Source: Shigella phage MK-13. Taken from it: a stretch of 64,000 bases of DNA. The stretch lies in the sequence record MK509462. One strand, given 5' to 3'. A program made the position numbers and the translations under genes. The number at the start of each line of letters is the position of its first letter. Position 1 is the first letter of the stretch. Positions 56,470 to 64,000 of this stretch are shown in pieces. The notes under the pieces are model-generated. The model ran no database searches. It saw only the letters and a list, made by a program, of their open reading frames with translations, and was not told the DNA's origin.

Positions 56470-56500
56470 TCCCCAACGTTTGTTGGGGATTTTTACTTTT
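56470..56500 (+). terminator. rho-independent terminator (ccccaac-gttt-gttgggg + ATTTTTACTTTT)
   Basis: 7-bp stem, T-rich tail after ACP-like gene. Confidence 0.65.
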
Positions 56501-56586
56501 AGGGGTTTACTTCCTCTAAGGAATATCCTATTATTCAATAACTGGCGAACGATGGGGTTCACCAGGTTGAAAGGTAAGATTATATC

Positions 56587-56826
56587 ATGAAGAACAAAAT
56601 GGTCGAAACTTCAGTAGAGATTGATCGCAATTGGGGCTTGCTCCGCGCTAAAGGGTTCCGCCGTGTGTATGCGACCAAAGAGGTATATGCCCAGCGCCGT
56701 GACGTTATCATCAGCAAGAAGGGCAAAGAGTGGGTTGCTGAAGAAGTCGATGTTGAGACAGGCGTCGTCGGCAAGGTGAAAGCCAAGGCCGCGATCCTCT
56801 TCGCTCTTCTGAAGCACATCAGCTAA
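56587..56826 (+). CDS. hypothetical protein
   Basis: 79 aa; AAGGTAAG RBS. Confidence 0.4.
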   Translation: MKNKMVETSVEIDRNWGLLRAKGFRRVYATKEVYAQRRDVIISKKGKEWVAEEVDVETGVVGKVKAKAAILFALLKHIS

Positions 56827-56840
56827 TTCTATAAACTCCG

Positions 56841-56859
56841 GCGGGGTATGATTACCCCG
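56841..56859 (+). repeat. palindromic hairpin gcggggtatgattaccccg (copy 1; copy 2 at 57399..57420)
   Basis: Identical 19-nt hairpin recurs 560 nt downstream; each is followed by (C)TATTTGAA...ACTATATC-ATG. Confidence 0.6.
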
Positions 56860-56885
56860 TCTATTTGAAATGCAGGAACTATATC

Positions 56886-57392
56886 ATGACCGATCAACAA
56901 ATTCAAGATTTATTTTACCTCGCCCATGATAAGTCCCACATCATGCGCCCCGGTACTGTTTCCCCTGCCGTCCGTGATCTGGTGCAAGAATTACGCGAAC
57001 CACAGACGACCACACTTTATCGCGGGCTGCCTAAGGAGGACGTTGCGCGTTTAGAGATGTTGTTTGAACGAGGCGACATGTTCCAGACATGGGATTCTTG
57101 TCTTAGCTTCAGTGAACTGAAGCATGTGGCCAAACAATTTTCTAAATCGTACGGAACCAAAGCTGTTGCCCGCATTTGTTACAAACATCGAAACGGACTC
57201 CCGGAGGGGCTTAATGTCTATGGTTCTCTAGAAAAATTTGTGAACAAAGGCGATGAATCAGAAATGGATATGCTGGACTTGGCGTCCATGGAGAAAGAAT
57301 GGATATTCTGCCAGCCTCGCGTCATACCAGTTTCAAGAAAAATGGCAACAGACGGGACGATGGTTTTTACCGTATCACTTGTTACCCTATAA
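56886..57392 (+). CDS. hypothetical protein; candidate ADP-ribosyltransferase (speculative R / S-x-S / E-x-E pattern)
   Basis: ORF 56865..57392, ATG 56886. LYRG (Arg), SCLSFS, and EKEW arranged in the order seen in R-S-E ADP-ribosyltransferases such as T4 Alt/Mod; weak evidence. Confidence 0.4.
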   Translation: MTDQQIQDLFYLAHDKSHIMRPGTVSPAVRDLVQELREPQTTTLYRGLPKEDVARLEMLFERGDMFQTWDSCLSFSELKHVAKQFSKSYGTKAVARICYKHRNGLPEGLNVYGSLEKFVNKGDESEMDMLDLASMEKEWIFCQPRVIPVSRKMATDGTMVFTVSLVTL

Positions 57393-57398
57393 ACCCAC

Positions 57399-57420
57399 GG
57401 CGGGGTATGATTACCCCGCC
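57399..57420 (+). repeat. palindromic hairpin ggcggggtatgattaccccgcc (copy 2)
   Basis: See 56841..56859. Confidence 0.6.
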
Positions 57421-57444
57421 CATTTGAAACCAAGAGACTATATC

Positions 57445-57819
57445 ATGAAAAAGTTAATCCTCGCTGTTGCCCTGCTGGGTGCTTCCTTTGCTGCTGTTTC
57501 CGCCCCTCCTGTCATCACCGGAGTGTCTACCAACGGCGTTTATGCTTTCAAGGCGTATGGCCAAGACCTCGTTCTGTATAAGAACGGGAAGATGATTGAG
57601 CGCTGTGTAGCGGATGGTGTAAACCGTGGGATCGACAATCAGGGCAGTCCGTTCATCCTGGACTTCTATGCCTGCTCCAACGGGACGAAGACCTTTGGTG
57701 TCAAGACCTTCGGCAACGTCGCCGACGGCGGCTGGGGCTTCATGATCGAAACCCGCAACCGCCGCCCGGTCACGACCATTGAAGAAGAGTTCTTGATCTC
57801 TGTCGGGGGCACGTTATGA
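57445..57819 (+). CDS. secreted protein (cleavable signal peptide)
   Basis: ORF 57253..57819 truncated to ATG 57445 (after hairpin/cassette); MKKLILAVALLGASFAAVSA signal peptide. Confidence 0.45.
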   Translation: MKKLILAVALLGASFAAVSAPPVITGVSTNGVYAFKAYGQDLVLYKNGKMIERCVADGVNRGIDNQGSPFILDFYACSNGTKTFGVKTFGNVADGGWGFMIETRNRRPVTTIEEEFLISVGGTL

Positions 57820-58103
57820 CACCATCAGAGAGAAGTTCTATCAAGGAGATGATCAGAGACAAGGCGTGTGTTGGCCATACTCAGTCAGAGAACATCTTGC
57901 GCCTGATGGAGGTCAAGAATCATATCGACAATGGCCGATTCCAATCAGCGTTGTATGGTATGCTGGAGTTTATATCGCGGTCATCTGATCTTGGCACGGT
58001 CCGATATCTTGACGATCTGACCAAGCTGCTGAACACGGGCGGGGAAACTTTCGACACCGCTCGTATCCTGATTGACGGTGGACCTGAAGAAGACGAGGTG
58101 TGA
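57816..58103 (+). CDS. hypothetical protein
   Basis: 95 aa; ATGA overlap with upstream gene. Confidence 0.4.
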   Translation: MTPSERSSIKEMIRDKACVGHTQSENILRLMEVKNHIDNGRFQSALYGMLEFISRSSDLGTVRYLDDLTKLLNTGGETFDTARILIDGGPEEDEV

Positions 58104-58213
58104 TGGTGGACATTGAATTTTGGGGTTGGCTTATTGGATGTTCATTGGGCGTCTTGCTCGTTTTGTTGTGTGAATATCTCGGAGCCGTACTGTGTAAGAC
58201 ATTTCACGCCTAA
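58103..58213 (+). CDS. small hydrophobic peptide (36 aa), not in ORF track
   Basis: ATG 58103 overlapping upstream stop (GTGATGG); WGWLIGCSLGVLLVLLCEYLGAVLC single TM segment. Confidence 0.25.
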   Translation: MVDIEFWGWLIGCSLGVLLVLLCEYLGAVLCKTFHA

Positions 58214-58246
58214 CTAAGGGATAATCCATATCCCGAGGTGAATCTC

Positions 58247-58696
58247 ATGTTCATGTCTTCCTTCATAGACTGGTTGAACATTATCAACGGCCTGAGGATT
58301 CCTGTCGGAAACCTCGGGCTTTCTCGTTCTTCTATGCCACAGATCGACGATGACAAGCAGCAGGCGTTCCATGACTACCTGGAGGAACTTGGCATCACCA
58401 TCGACGCTGGCCAGGTTCCTATCAAATCCCTCCGTCTCACCCAGAACGAAATCAACAAGATGAAGGTCTGGAAGATCATGAAGAACATCAGAAACAAGAA
58501 GCCCATGGGTCGGGTTTGGGTGTCTTCTGATAACTATGTGGTCGACGGCTCGCACCGCTATGTCGCCGCCCTGAACATGGATGACCGTCAGCGCATCAAG
58601 GTCTACAAAGTGGACATGCCAGCGATGGAGTTCGTCAAGGTCGCCAAGCAGTTCAAGGGTGTGAAGTTCAGAACCGTGTCTGACGCTCGCTTCTGA
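58247..58696 (+). CDS. ParB-like nuclease domain protein (tentative)
   Basis: ORF 58238..58696 (GTG), ATG 58247 after GAGGTG; VVDGSHRYVAAL resembles the ParB/sulfiredoxin DGxHR core. Confidence 0.4.
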   Translation: MFMSSFIDWLNIINGLRIPVGNLGLSRSSMPQIDDDKQQAFHDYLEELGITIDAGQVPIKSLRLTQNEINKMKVWKIMKNIRNKKPMGRVWVSSDNYVVDGSHRYVAALNMDDRQRIKVYKVDMPAMEFVKVAKQFKGVKFRTVSDARF

Positions 58697-58775
58697 ATAC
58701 GATAGTTTATTGAAACCCTTTACTCAACATGGTGATCCGCCTATCATTTCATCCAATGAAATAAGGAGAATCACC

Positions 58776-59462
58776 ATGAAACGTTTAATCCTCGGGGTCG
58801 TGCTGGCTGGTCTGGCATTACCCGCCGTCGCCAAGCTGAACTCCACAGGTGACAAACTGTGGTCTGATCTTTCCTACTGTGCTGGGTTCTCCCAGGCAGT
58901 CGCCATCGACAAGTCTGGTTCCATAGAGAACTTTGCTGAACTCTGGAACACAGGCAACGTCTCCACTGCAGTTGTTAACGCTGGGATTGAGTTCAACCGT
59001 TACAAACAGGGAGCCTATAACCTCAAGGGCTACCTCAATGACGACGAATTTAATCGAGGCGGCATGGAGGCTGGCGATCTTATCATGACTGGGCGTATGG
59101 GCACCCAAGGCCGAATGACAGTCAGACAGTGCCGTTCTCTCCCTTCTCCGGCATTACAGAAGGGTGTGCAGATAGGCCGCCGCCACCTGAACCTCATCAA
59201 CGATGGCAATCAGTGCATCAAAGTATTCGAATACAGCGCTACGCAGACCTCTGATCGAGTCCTGAAGAAGGAATGGCGCACCCGCGCCCTCGACCTCAGG
59301 GCATGGTTGGTGGAGAACGATTATTACTTTGAAGACAGGGTTCAGAACGGCCTGAAAGACCTGGCCACGAATCTGAGCGTGAACCTTGATGATCCTCGCA
59401 TGTCGCGCGAACTCCAGCAGACTCGTGTTGACTGCGACAATATGATGAAGGAGAACGAGTGA
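58776..59462 (+). CDS. secreted protein (cleavable signal peptide)
   Basis: ORF 58710..59462 truncated to ATG 58776 (AAGGAG RBS); MKRLILGVVLAGLALPAVA signal peptide; several Cys. Confidence 0.45.
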   Translation: MKRLILGVVLAGLALPAVAKLNSTGDKLWSDLSYCAGFSQAVAIDKSGSIENFAELWNTGNVSTAVVNAGIEFNRYKQGAYNLKGYLNDDEFNRGGMEAGDLIMTGRMGTQGRMTVRQCRSLPSPALQKGVQIGRRHLNLINDGNQCIKVFEYSATQTSDRVLKKEWRTRALDLRAWLVENDYYFEDRVQNGLKDLATNLSVNLDDPRMSRELQQTRVDCDNMMKENE

Positions 59463-59776
59463 TGAAAGGTAAAATCCTACTCCTGCTGTTACTGATGGCC
59501 GGGTGTGTAAACGCCACACCACCGTCTAAACTGAATACCTGCGCCGCCTGGATGGAGACGTATCAGCAATTCCATCCGGACGACAAAGATACATCTATCC
59601 TCCTGTCTGACTTCGAGGGAGAGCTGAAGCGCCTTGATCTGTTCAGTGTTGATCAGATAGAGAATGCGCTGGACCTACCAATGATGATGTCTGCGGCCGA
59701 AAACAGCCCACAAACGAAGAAAGACCTGATGTATTGTCGGGGGATTGCCCAGGACTTTGTCGGATTTCAAAAATAA
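59462..59776 (+). CDS. putative lipoprotein
   Basis: ORF 59459..59776; ATG 59462 overlapping upstream stop; MKGKILLLLLLMAGC with lipobox-like MAGC. Confidence 0.45.
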   Translation: MKGKILLLLLLMAGCVNATPPSKLNTCAAWMETYQQFHPDDKDTSILLSDFEGELKRLDLFSVDQIENALDLPMMMSAAENSPQTKKDLMYCRGIAQDFVGFQK

Positions 59777-59827
59777 GTTTCGGGTTAAAATTTAGCCCTA
59801 CATTGTGAACTGAAGGAATACACTGTG

Positions 59828-60733
59828 ATGCTCCTGACCAAATCAATCGCTGCGGCGATTATCGAAAAGAATAAGGCTTTTGCCCCCAACACAGCCAAAG
59901 TTATGTTGGTACACGAAGACGCTCGCGTGATCTTCGCCGAGAAGTTCGAGATGGGTGCGAAGTTCTGGTATGCCGACAACTTGCGTGAGAGCAAACTTCA
60001 GGGCATCATCCACAAACTGACTCTGGTCGCCAAGCGTAATGACCAGGGTGACTGGGTCGGTGTTTCTGACTTCAGTACGAAGATCACCCCAAAGGCTCCA
60101 CTTTCTCGTCAAGAGCGCATTCTGGAAGCCCAGGAAAAGCTGCGTGCGGCTCGGAGTACCCCAAAGGCGAAGCCAGATGCAAGCCCGGTCATAACTCCTG
60201 CCACCAAACTGCCTCCGGTGAGTGACAAGTCCGTCGAGCAATATGCGGAGAAGCGCAACGGCAACGGGATGTCTGTATCCAAGATGTCTAAGACTGTTGA
60301 GCCATTTAAGACGAATCCGGCAGTTGAAGTTGTGTCCGCAGTAACTGAAGTTGTCAGTAAAATTCGCGAAGACATGATCGCCCTGGGTGCATTGGACGAT
60401 CCCTCTGAATTTATCTCCCTGCGTGAACTCGAGCCACCCACCCGCCGCCGTATTGCCAATGAGATGTTTGTGTCGTTCAGGTCGGATGGCAAGATCATCC
60501 TGTGTAAAGCCTTGCGTGACATCATTCCGTGGACCACGTTGAACATGATGGTGACACGCGACTTCAAGCGCTTCGGTATTATGCAAGGCAAGGACTACAA
60601 CGTCAACCAGAGCGGGACTTATGTCAATCGCGCCATGTGCTCTAAGCTGTCATTCCCTGAAGATACCGGAACGATCCGCGTCGTTCTGAACTGGGATGAC
60701 AAGCTGAACATGTATGTTGGCGATTTCCAATAA
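59828..60733 (+). CDS. hypothetical protein
   Basis: ORF 59825..60733; preceded by CATTGTGAACTGAAGGAATACACTGTG-ATG cassette variant. Confidence 0.45.
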   Translation: MLLTKSIAAAIIEKNKAFAPNTAKVMLVHEDARVIFAEKFEMGAKFWYADNLRESKLQGIIHKLTLVAKRNDQGDWVGVSDFSTKITPKAPLSRQERILEAQEKLRAARSTPKAKPDASPVITPATKLPPVSDKSVEQYAEKRNGNGMSVSKMSKTVEPFKTNPAVEVVSAVTEVVSKIREDMIALGALDDPSEFISLRELEPPTRRRIANEMFVSFRSDGKIILCKALRDIIPWTTLNMMVTRDFKRFGIMQGKDYNVNQSGTYVNRAMCSKLSFPEDTGTIRVVLNWDDKLNMYVGDFQ

Positions 60734-60791
60734 ATCAATAACCTCGGGCGGCTATCATAAAGTCGCTCCCTTTCATTTGAGAGACTATATC

Positions 60792-61454
60792 ATGGAAAAA
60801 CTTTATTCTATTATCGTCGGTCCTGATCCTGACGGATTATTCTTCGCCCCGTTGTCTTATATTGCCCACGCCCGTATCGGCAGCCATTACGCATATTGCA
60901 CACGTGGCCACGACGGTTCCAATGTCCTCCATTATAGCCGTTTTAACGATTTCCTGGCACTTCAACCAGAAGATGTTGTGTTGGCGCGTCGCGTGTTCAT
61001 CGACTTCAACGCGATGCACAACAACGAAATCGACGCTCGCTATCATGCCATGCGTTCTATGGAAGGGGGAGACTGCATTTATCGCATCGACCATTTCGGC
61101 AAGTATGTTGAATCCATTGATTGGTTTATCTCTGATAAAGTGATGGGTGAAAGAATCGTCACGACACCATGGGCGCATGCAGACCAACTTCGGGTGTCTA
61201 CCGATGCGTACAAAGAAGTCGACAATCTGTGCAACAAGTTCCGCATCTCCGTGACCTGTAATCAAGACCTGGGCGAAGAGATCCAATGGACAGCTGAGTC
61301 TCCTCATTTCAGCGACCTGGTGATGACGGCCGAAACCCGTTCCCGCGCTGTCGTTCAGTTGGTTCTGTGGGCATTCTACCAGCGCACCCCATTCTCCTAC
61401 ATGGGGCAGAAAGCTATTGACGAACTCCTGAAGTCTCACGCGGTGGAGGTATAA
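60792..61454 (+). CDS. hypothetical protein
   Basis: ORF 60714..61454 truncated to ATG 60792 after CCCTTTCATTTGAGAGACTATATC cassette. Confidence 0.45.
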   Translation: MEKLYSIIVGPDPDGLFFAPLSYIAHARIGSHYAYCTRGHDGSNVLHYSRFNDFLALQPEDVVLARRVFIDFNAMHNNEIDARYHAMRSMEGGDCIYRIDHFGKYVESIDWFISDKVMGERIVTTPWAHADQLRVSTDAYKEVDNLCNKFRISVTCNQDLGEEIQWTAESPHFSDLVMTAETRSRAVVQLVLWAFYQRTPFSYMGQKAIDELLKSHAVEV

Positions 61455-61455
61455 C

Positions 61456-61740
61456 ATGGCTGGCGTATGGTGTGATGTCTTGCTGGTTCGTTACAGTGTA
61501 AATGGGTGCGCCCAAGTGTGTTCTGCTTTCTATCCGGTCCCATTCTCTTCTGGTGGCCTGACGGTTCAGCGAGTTCTCGACGTTGAGGCAGAACTGAACA
61601 AACGATCTTGGGGTGTGCGTGATGTGCAAGTCCTGGGGTACGATCTTCTGAACGAAATGTTGATCGATGAAGATCGTGTAGAAACGATTATTTCCCGGGC
61701 AGACATGGCATCATTCATCTCCAAAGGAAACACCCAATAA
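61456..61740 (+). CDS. hypothetical protein
   Basis: 94-aa ORF starting 2 nt after upstream stop. Confidence 0.35.
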   Translation: MAGVWCDVLLVRYSVNGCAQVCSAFYPVPFSSGGLTVQRVLDVEAELNKRSWGVRDVQVLGYDLLNEMLIDEDRVETIISRADMASFISKGNTQ

Positions 61741-61830
61741 TTCCGCTTTATTCAATAAAATTTGTTAGTTAAACTGTAGTCCTCTTGTAGTGAACATGAA
61801 AGTAAACATTAACCCAACGGAGAAATCCAG

Positions 61831-62109
61831 ATGAATCGTACTGAATTTGTTGCCCACATTGCTTCGACCCAGAACATCACCAAAGGCGAAGCGGAGAAAG
61901 TAGTGGCATCCTTTATCGACGGCGTTAAAACTGCAGTTGCTGCAGGTGCGTCTGTACAGCTGGTCGGCTTCGGCGCGTTCGAAGTGAAGCACCAGGAAGC
62001 TCGTGAAGGTCGTAACCCTCTGAACGGCCAGACCATTCAGATCGAAGCGAAAAACGTTGTGAAATTCAAAGTGGGCGAAGGTCTGAAGAACGCTGCCAAC
62101 GGCAAGTAA
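61831..62109 (+). CDS. HU/IHF-family DNA-binding protein
   Basis: MNRTEFVAHIASTQNITKGEAEKVVASFIDGVKTAVAAGASVQLVGFGAFEVKHQEAREGRNPLNGQTIQIEAKNVVKFKVGEGLKNA matches bacterial HU (…[32 protein letters not shown]…). Confidence 0.75.
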   Translation: MNRTEFVAHIASTQNITKGEAEKVVASFIDGVKTAVAAGASVQLVGFGAFEVKHQEAREGRNPLNGQTIQIEAKNVVKFKVGEGLKNAANGK

Positions 62110-62160
62110 TTCTATCTGACGCGCGGCCTGGCTCTGCGACGCAGGGCATGGCAAAAGAGA

Positions 62161-62190
62161 AAGCCGGAGCATTGTACTCCGGCTTTTTCG
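62161..62190 (+). terminator. rho-independent terminator (aagccggag-cattgtac-tccggctt + TTTCG)
   Basis: 8-bp stem after HU-like gene. Confidence 0.6.
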
Positions 62191-62238
62191 TTCCTGGGAA
62201 TCGGTTAAACTAAAGGCGAATCCTATAGGAGGAAGAAA

Positions 62239-63957
62239 GTGACAGCATTCAACCAATATACCAAGGCGCTTGATGGCGTCGGACCAGTTAGCATAGACCG
62301 CATCAAGTCTCTTGCCACTGAGTTCTTCCCATACGACACCGCCAACCCAGGACAGATGGAGTGCATCGTTGAAGCCGTTGATGCCCTTGTGAATAAGAAA
62401 TTCAAACACGTGATCATCGAGGCTCCGACTGGTGTGGGCAAATCCCTCATTGGCACTACCATCCATAACGTGCTTCGCCATCTGGTTCTTGAGCGCAACC
62501 CATATGGTCAGTTCCGCACGTCTATCACAACACCGACCAAAGGGTTACAAGATCAGTATGCGGCTGAAAGGGCAGTGGCGATAGACATCCTGAAGGGCAA
62601 GAAGAACTATCGTTGTCATATCAGCCCTGACCTGTATTACAATGCTATCCAGTGCCGTATGGCATGCCGAGATGGCCACTGTAATAAAAATCGTTGCCCA
62701 TATGTTCAGGCTCGTCGTCTTTGGACGGACATCTCTTCTCTGCGCTGCACCAACGCCGCCATGATGGTGGAGATGTGCACGACGATCTGTATGAAGCCCG
62801 AAAACCGCGCCGATATGCTGATCCTTGACGAGTGCCATAAAATGCCCTCTACGCTCCTAGAGCACACGATCATGGAATACAGCATAAAGGCTGTGGAAGG
62901 GTTGCTTACGATCCCCGAGGGAGTGCCTATCGTGGAACTCATCAAGGATATCATCATCCGCACAGAGAACTATGAATTGGGCAAGCTGTATTCCCTGTCT
63001 GGTGAGATGCATGCGATATTTGACGACCTGCATGACAAGGTTGAAGCCCTGCTGGAAACCCTTGAGGAACTGGTAGAGGACGAGCGCCTGACTGAAGCCC
63101 AGGTGATGAAGTTGTCGGACATCATTGACACCCTTCACAACCTCAGCGACTACTGTGGGATCATGGGGCAGACCAACGCCAGCACCTTCATCGTGCAGGA
63201 GAAGGACAAGGGCATGATTCAGTTCAAGCCTGTCATCGCATCTGATGTATCCCAGTTCGGCCTGTTCCGCAAGGGTGACTACCACGTTCACATGTCGGCG
63301 ACCATTTGTGGGATTGACTCGTACGCTCGGTCACTGGGTATCCGTGAGGGCGAGTACCACAAGATTCAGATCGGAAACCCTATCCCGATTGAGAACCGGA
63401 AAGTCAACTACATGCCCATCATGAAGATGACGGCGAACATGGGTGACTATGAGATGAAGAAGCTGGCCGAATACGTGGATGAAATCATCGCATTCCACCC
63501 TGGGCAGTCTGGCATCATTCACACAGTAAGTTATGACCGCGCCCTGGCTCTACAGAAGTTCAGTAAGTACCGGAATATGATTCACGTTCCTCGTACTCGT
63601 AAGGCTCTAATGGACATCATGGAACACGCGTTCCGGACCAAGAAGCCTTGTGTCATCGCCAGTCCGGCTATGGAAGAGGGGTATGACTTCAAAGGCGATT
63701 ACAGCCGATTTCAGATCTTGATCAAGGTTCCATACGATTACCTTGGTGATCCTCTGGTGGCTCACGTCAACAGTGTAGACCCATCGGCGTACTTCAGGAT
63801 GGCGGTACTGCGTATCGTTCAGATGTGCGGGCGTTCGGTCAGGGGCGTGAATGACTGGGCTGCGACATACATCCTTGATTCTTCTTTTGAATCACTGATG
63901 ATGCGCAACCCAGAGTTCTTCCCCGCTTGGTTTACTGATGCCGTGTTCGAGGTTTAG
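62239..63957 (+). CDS. DinG/Rad3 (XPD)-family helicase with Fe-S cluster cysteines
   Basis: GTG start 62239 after TAGGAGGA; Walker A EAPTGVGKS; DEAH-type box LILDECH; Cys cluster CHISPDLYYNAIQCRMACRDGHCNKNRCPY. Confidence 0.6.
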   Translation: MTAFNQYTKALDGVGPVSIDRIKSLATEFFPYDTANPGQMECIVEAVDALVNKKFKHVIIEAPTGVGKSLIGTTIHNVLRHLVLERNPYGQFRTSITTPTKGLQDQYAAERAVAIDILKGKKNYRCHISPDLYYNAIQCRMACRDGHCNKNRCPYVQARRLWTDISSLRCTNAAMMVEMCTTICMKPENRADMLILDECHKMPSTLLEHTIMEYSIKAVEGLLTIPEGVPIVELIKDIIIRTENYELGKLYSLSGEMHAIFDDLHDKVEALLETLEELVEDERLTEAQVMKLSDIIDTLHNLSDYCGIMGQTNASTFIVQEKDKGMIQFKPVIASDVSQFGLFRKGDYHVHMSATICGIDSYARSLGIREGEYHKIQIGNPIPIENRKVNYMPIMKMTANMGDYEMKKLAEYVDEIIAFHPGQSGIIHTVSYDRALALQKFSKYRNMIHVPRTRKALMDIMEHAFRTKKPCVIASPAMEEGYDFKGDYSRFQILIKVPYDYLGDPLVAHVNSVDPSAYFRMAVLRIVQMCGRSVRGVNDWAATYILDSSFESLMMRNPEFFPAWFTDAVFEV

Positions 63958-64000
63958 TAACCAGCGATAAACGACAGATGGCATTTGACATTCGGCTCCA

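Noticed and set aside
1-64000. CRISPR array or integrase/transposase-type mobile element
   Set aside because: The repeats found are single or paired hairpins and promoter-associated motifs, not regularly spaced direct repeats with spacers; no integrase, transposase or homing-endonuclease-like ORF was recognised (the intein lacks an endonuclease domain).

Overview
This window reads as a contiguous segment of a T4-superfamily myovirus genome, with gene content and order resembling the ViI-like (Ackermannviridae) phages; no host genes are seen. All calls below come from reading the translated ORFs and the DNA by eye; no searches were run. Region 1..33 kb is a late structural and packaging module on the + strand: gp6-like baseplate wedge, a tail-fibre-like protein, four consecutive beta-helix tailspike genes, a ~1600-aa structural protein, neck gp13/gp14, gp15-like, small and large terminase, sheath gp18, tube gp19, portal gp20, prohead protease gp21, scaffold gp22 and major capsid gp23. 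The large terminase is interrupted in its Walker-A P-loop by a 159-aa mini-intein. Region 33..64 kb holds small early-type genes, a T4-like recombination and replication block (UvsY-like, PD-(D/E)xK nuclease, UvsW, gp45 clamp, gp44/gp62 clamp loader, RegA) and an accessory region. That accessory region contains a Prs plus NadV/NAMPT pair (NAD+ salvage, candidate counter-defence), a VWA-domain protein, an acyl-carrier-protein homologue whose phosphopantetheine-attachment Ser is replaced by Glu, a candidate ADP-ribosyltransferase, three exported proteins, a ParB-like nuclease-domain protein, an HU-like protein and a DinG/Rad3-like Fe-S helicase. Non-coding signals include a T4-late-promoter-like motif CTAAATA(cccc) upstream of late genes, often followed by a 5'-UTR hairpin, many hairpin terminators, a conserved hairpin plus CATTTGAA...CTATATCATG cassette in front of early genes, and a bipartite repeat shared by two AT-rich divergent intergenic regions. 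No rRNA, tRNA or CRISPR array was recognised.
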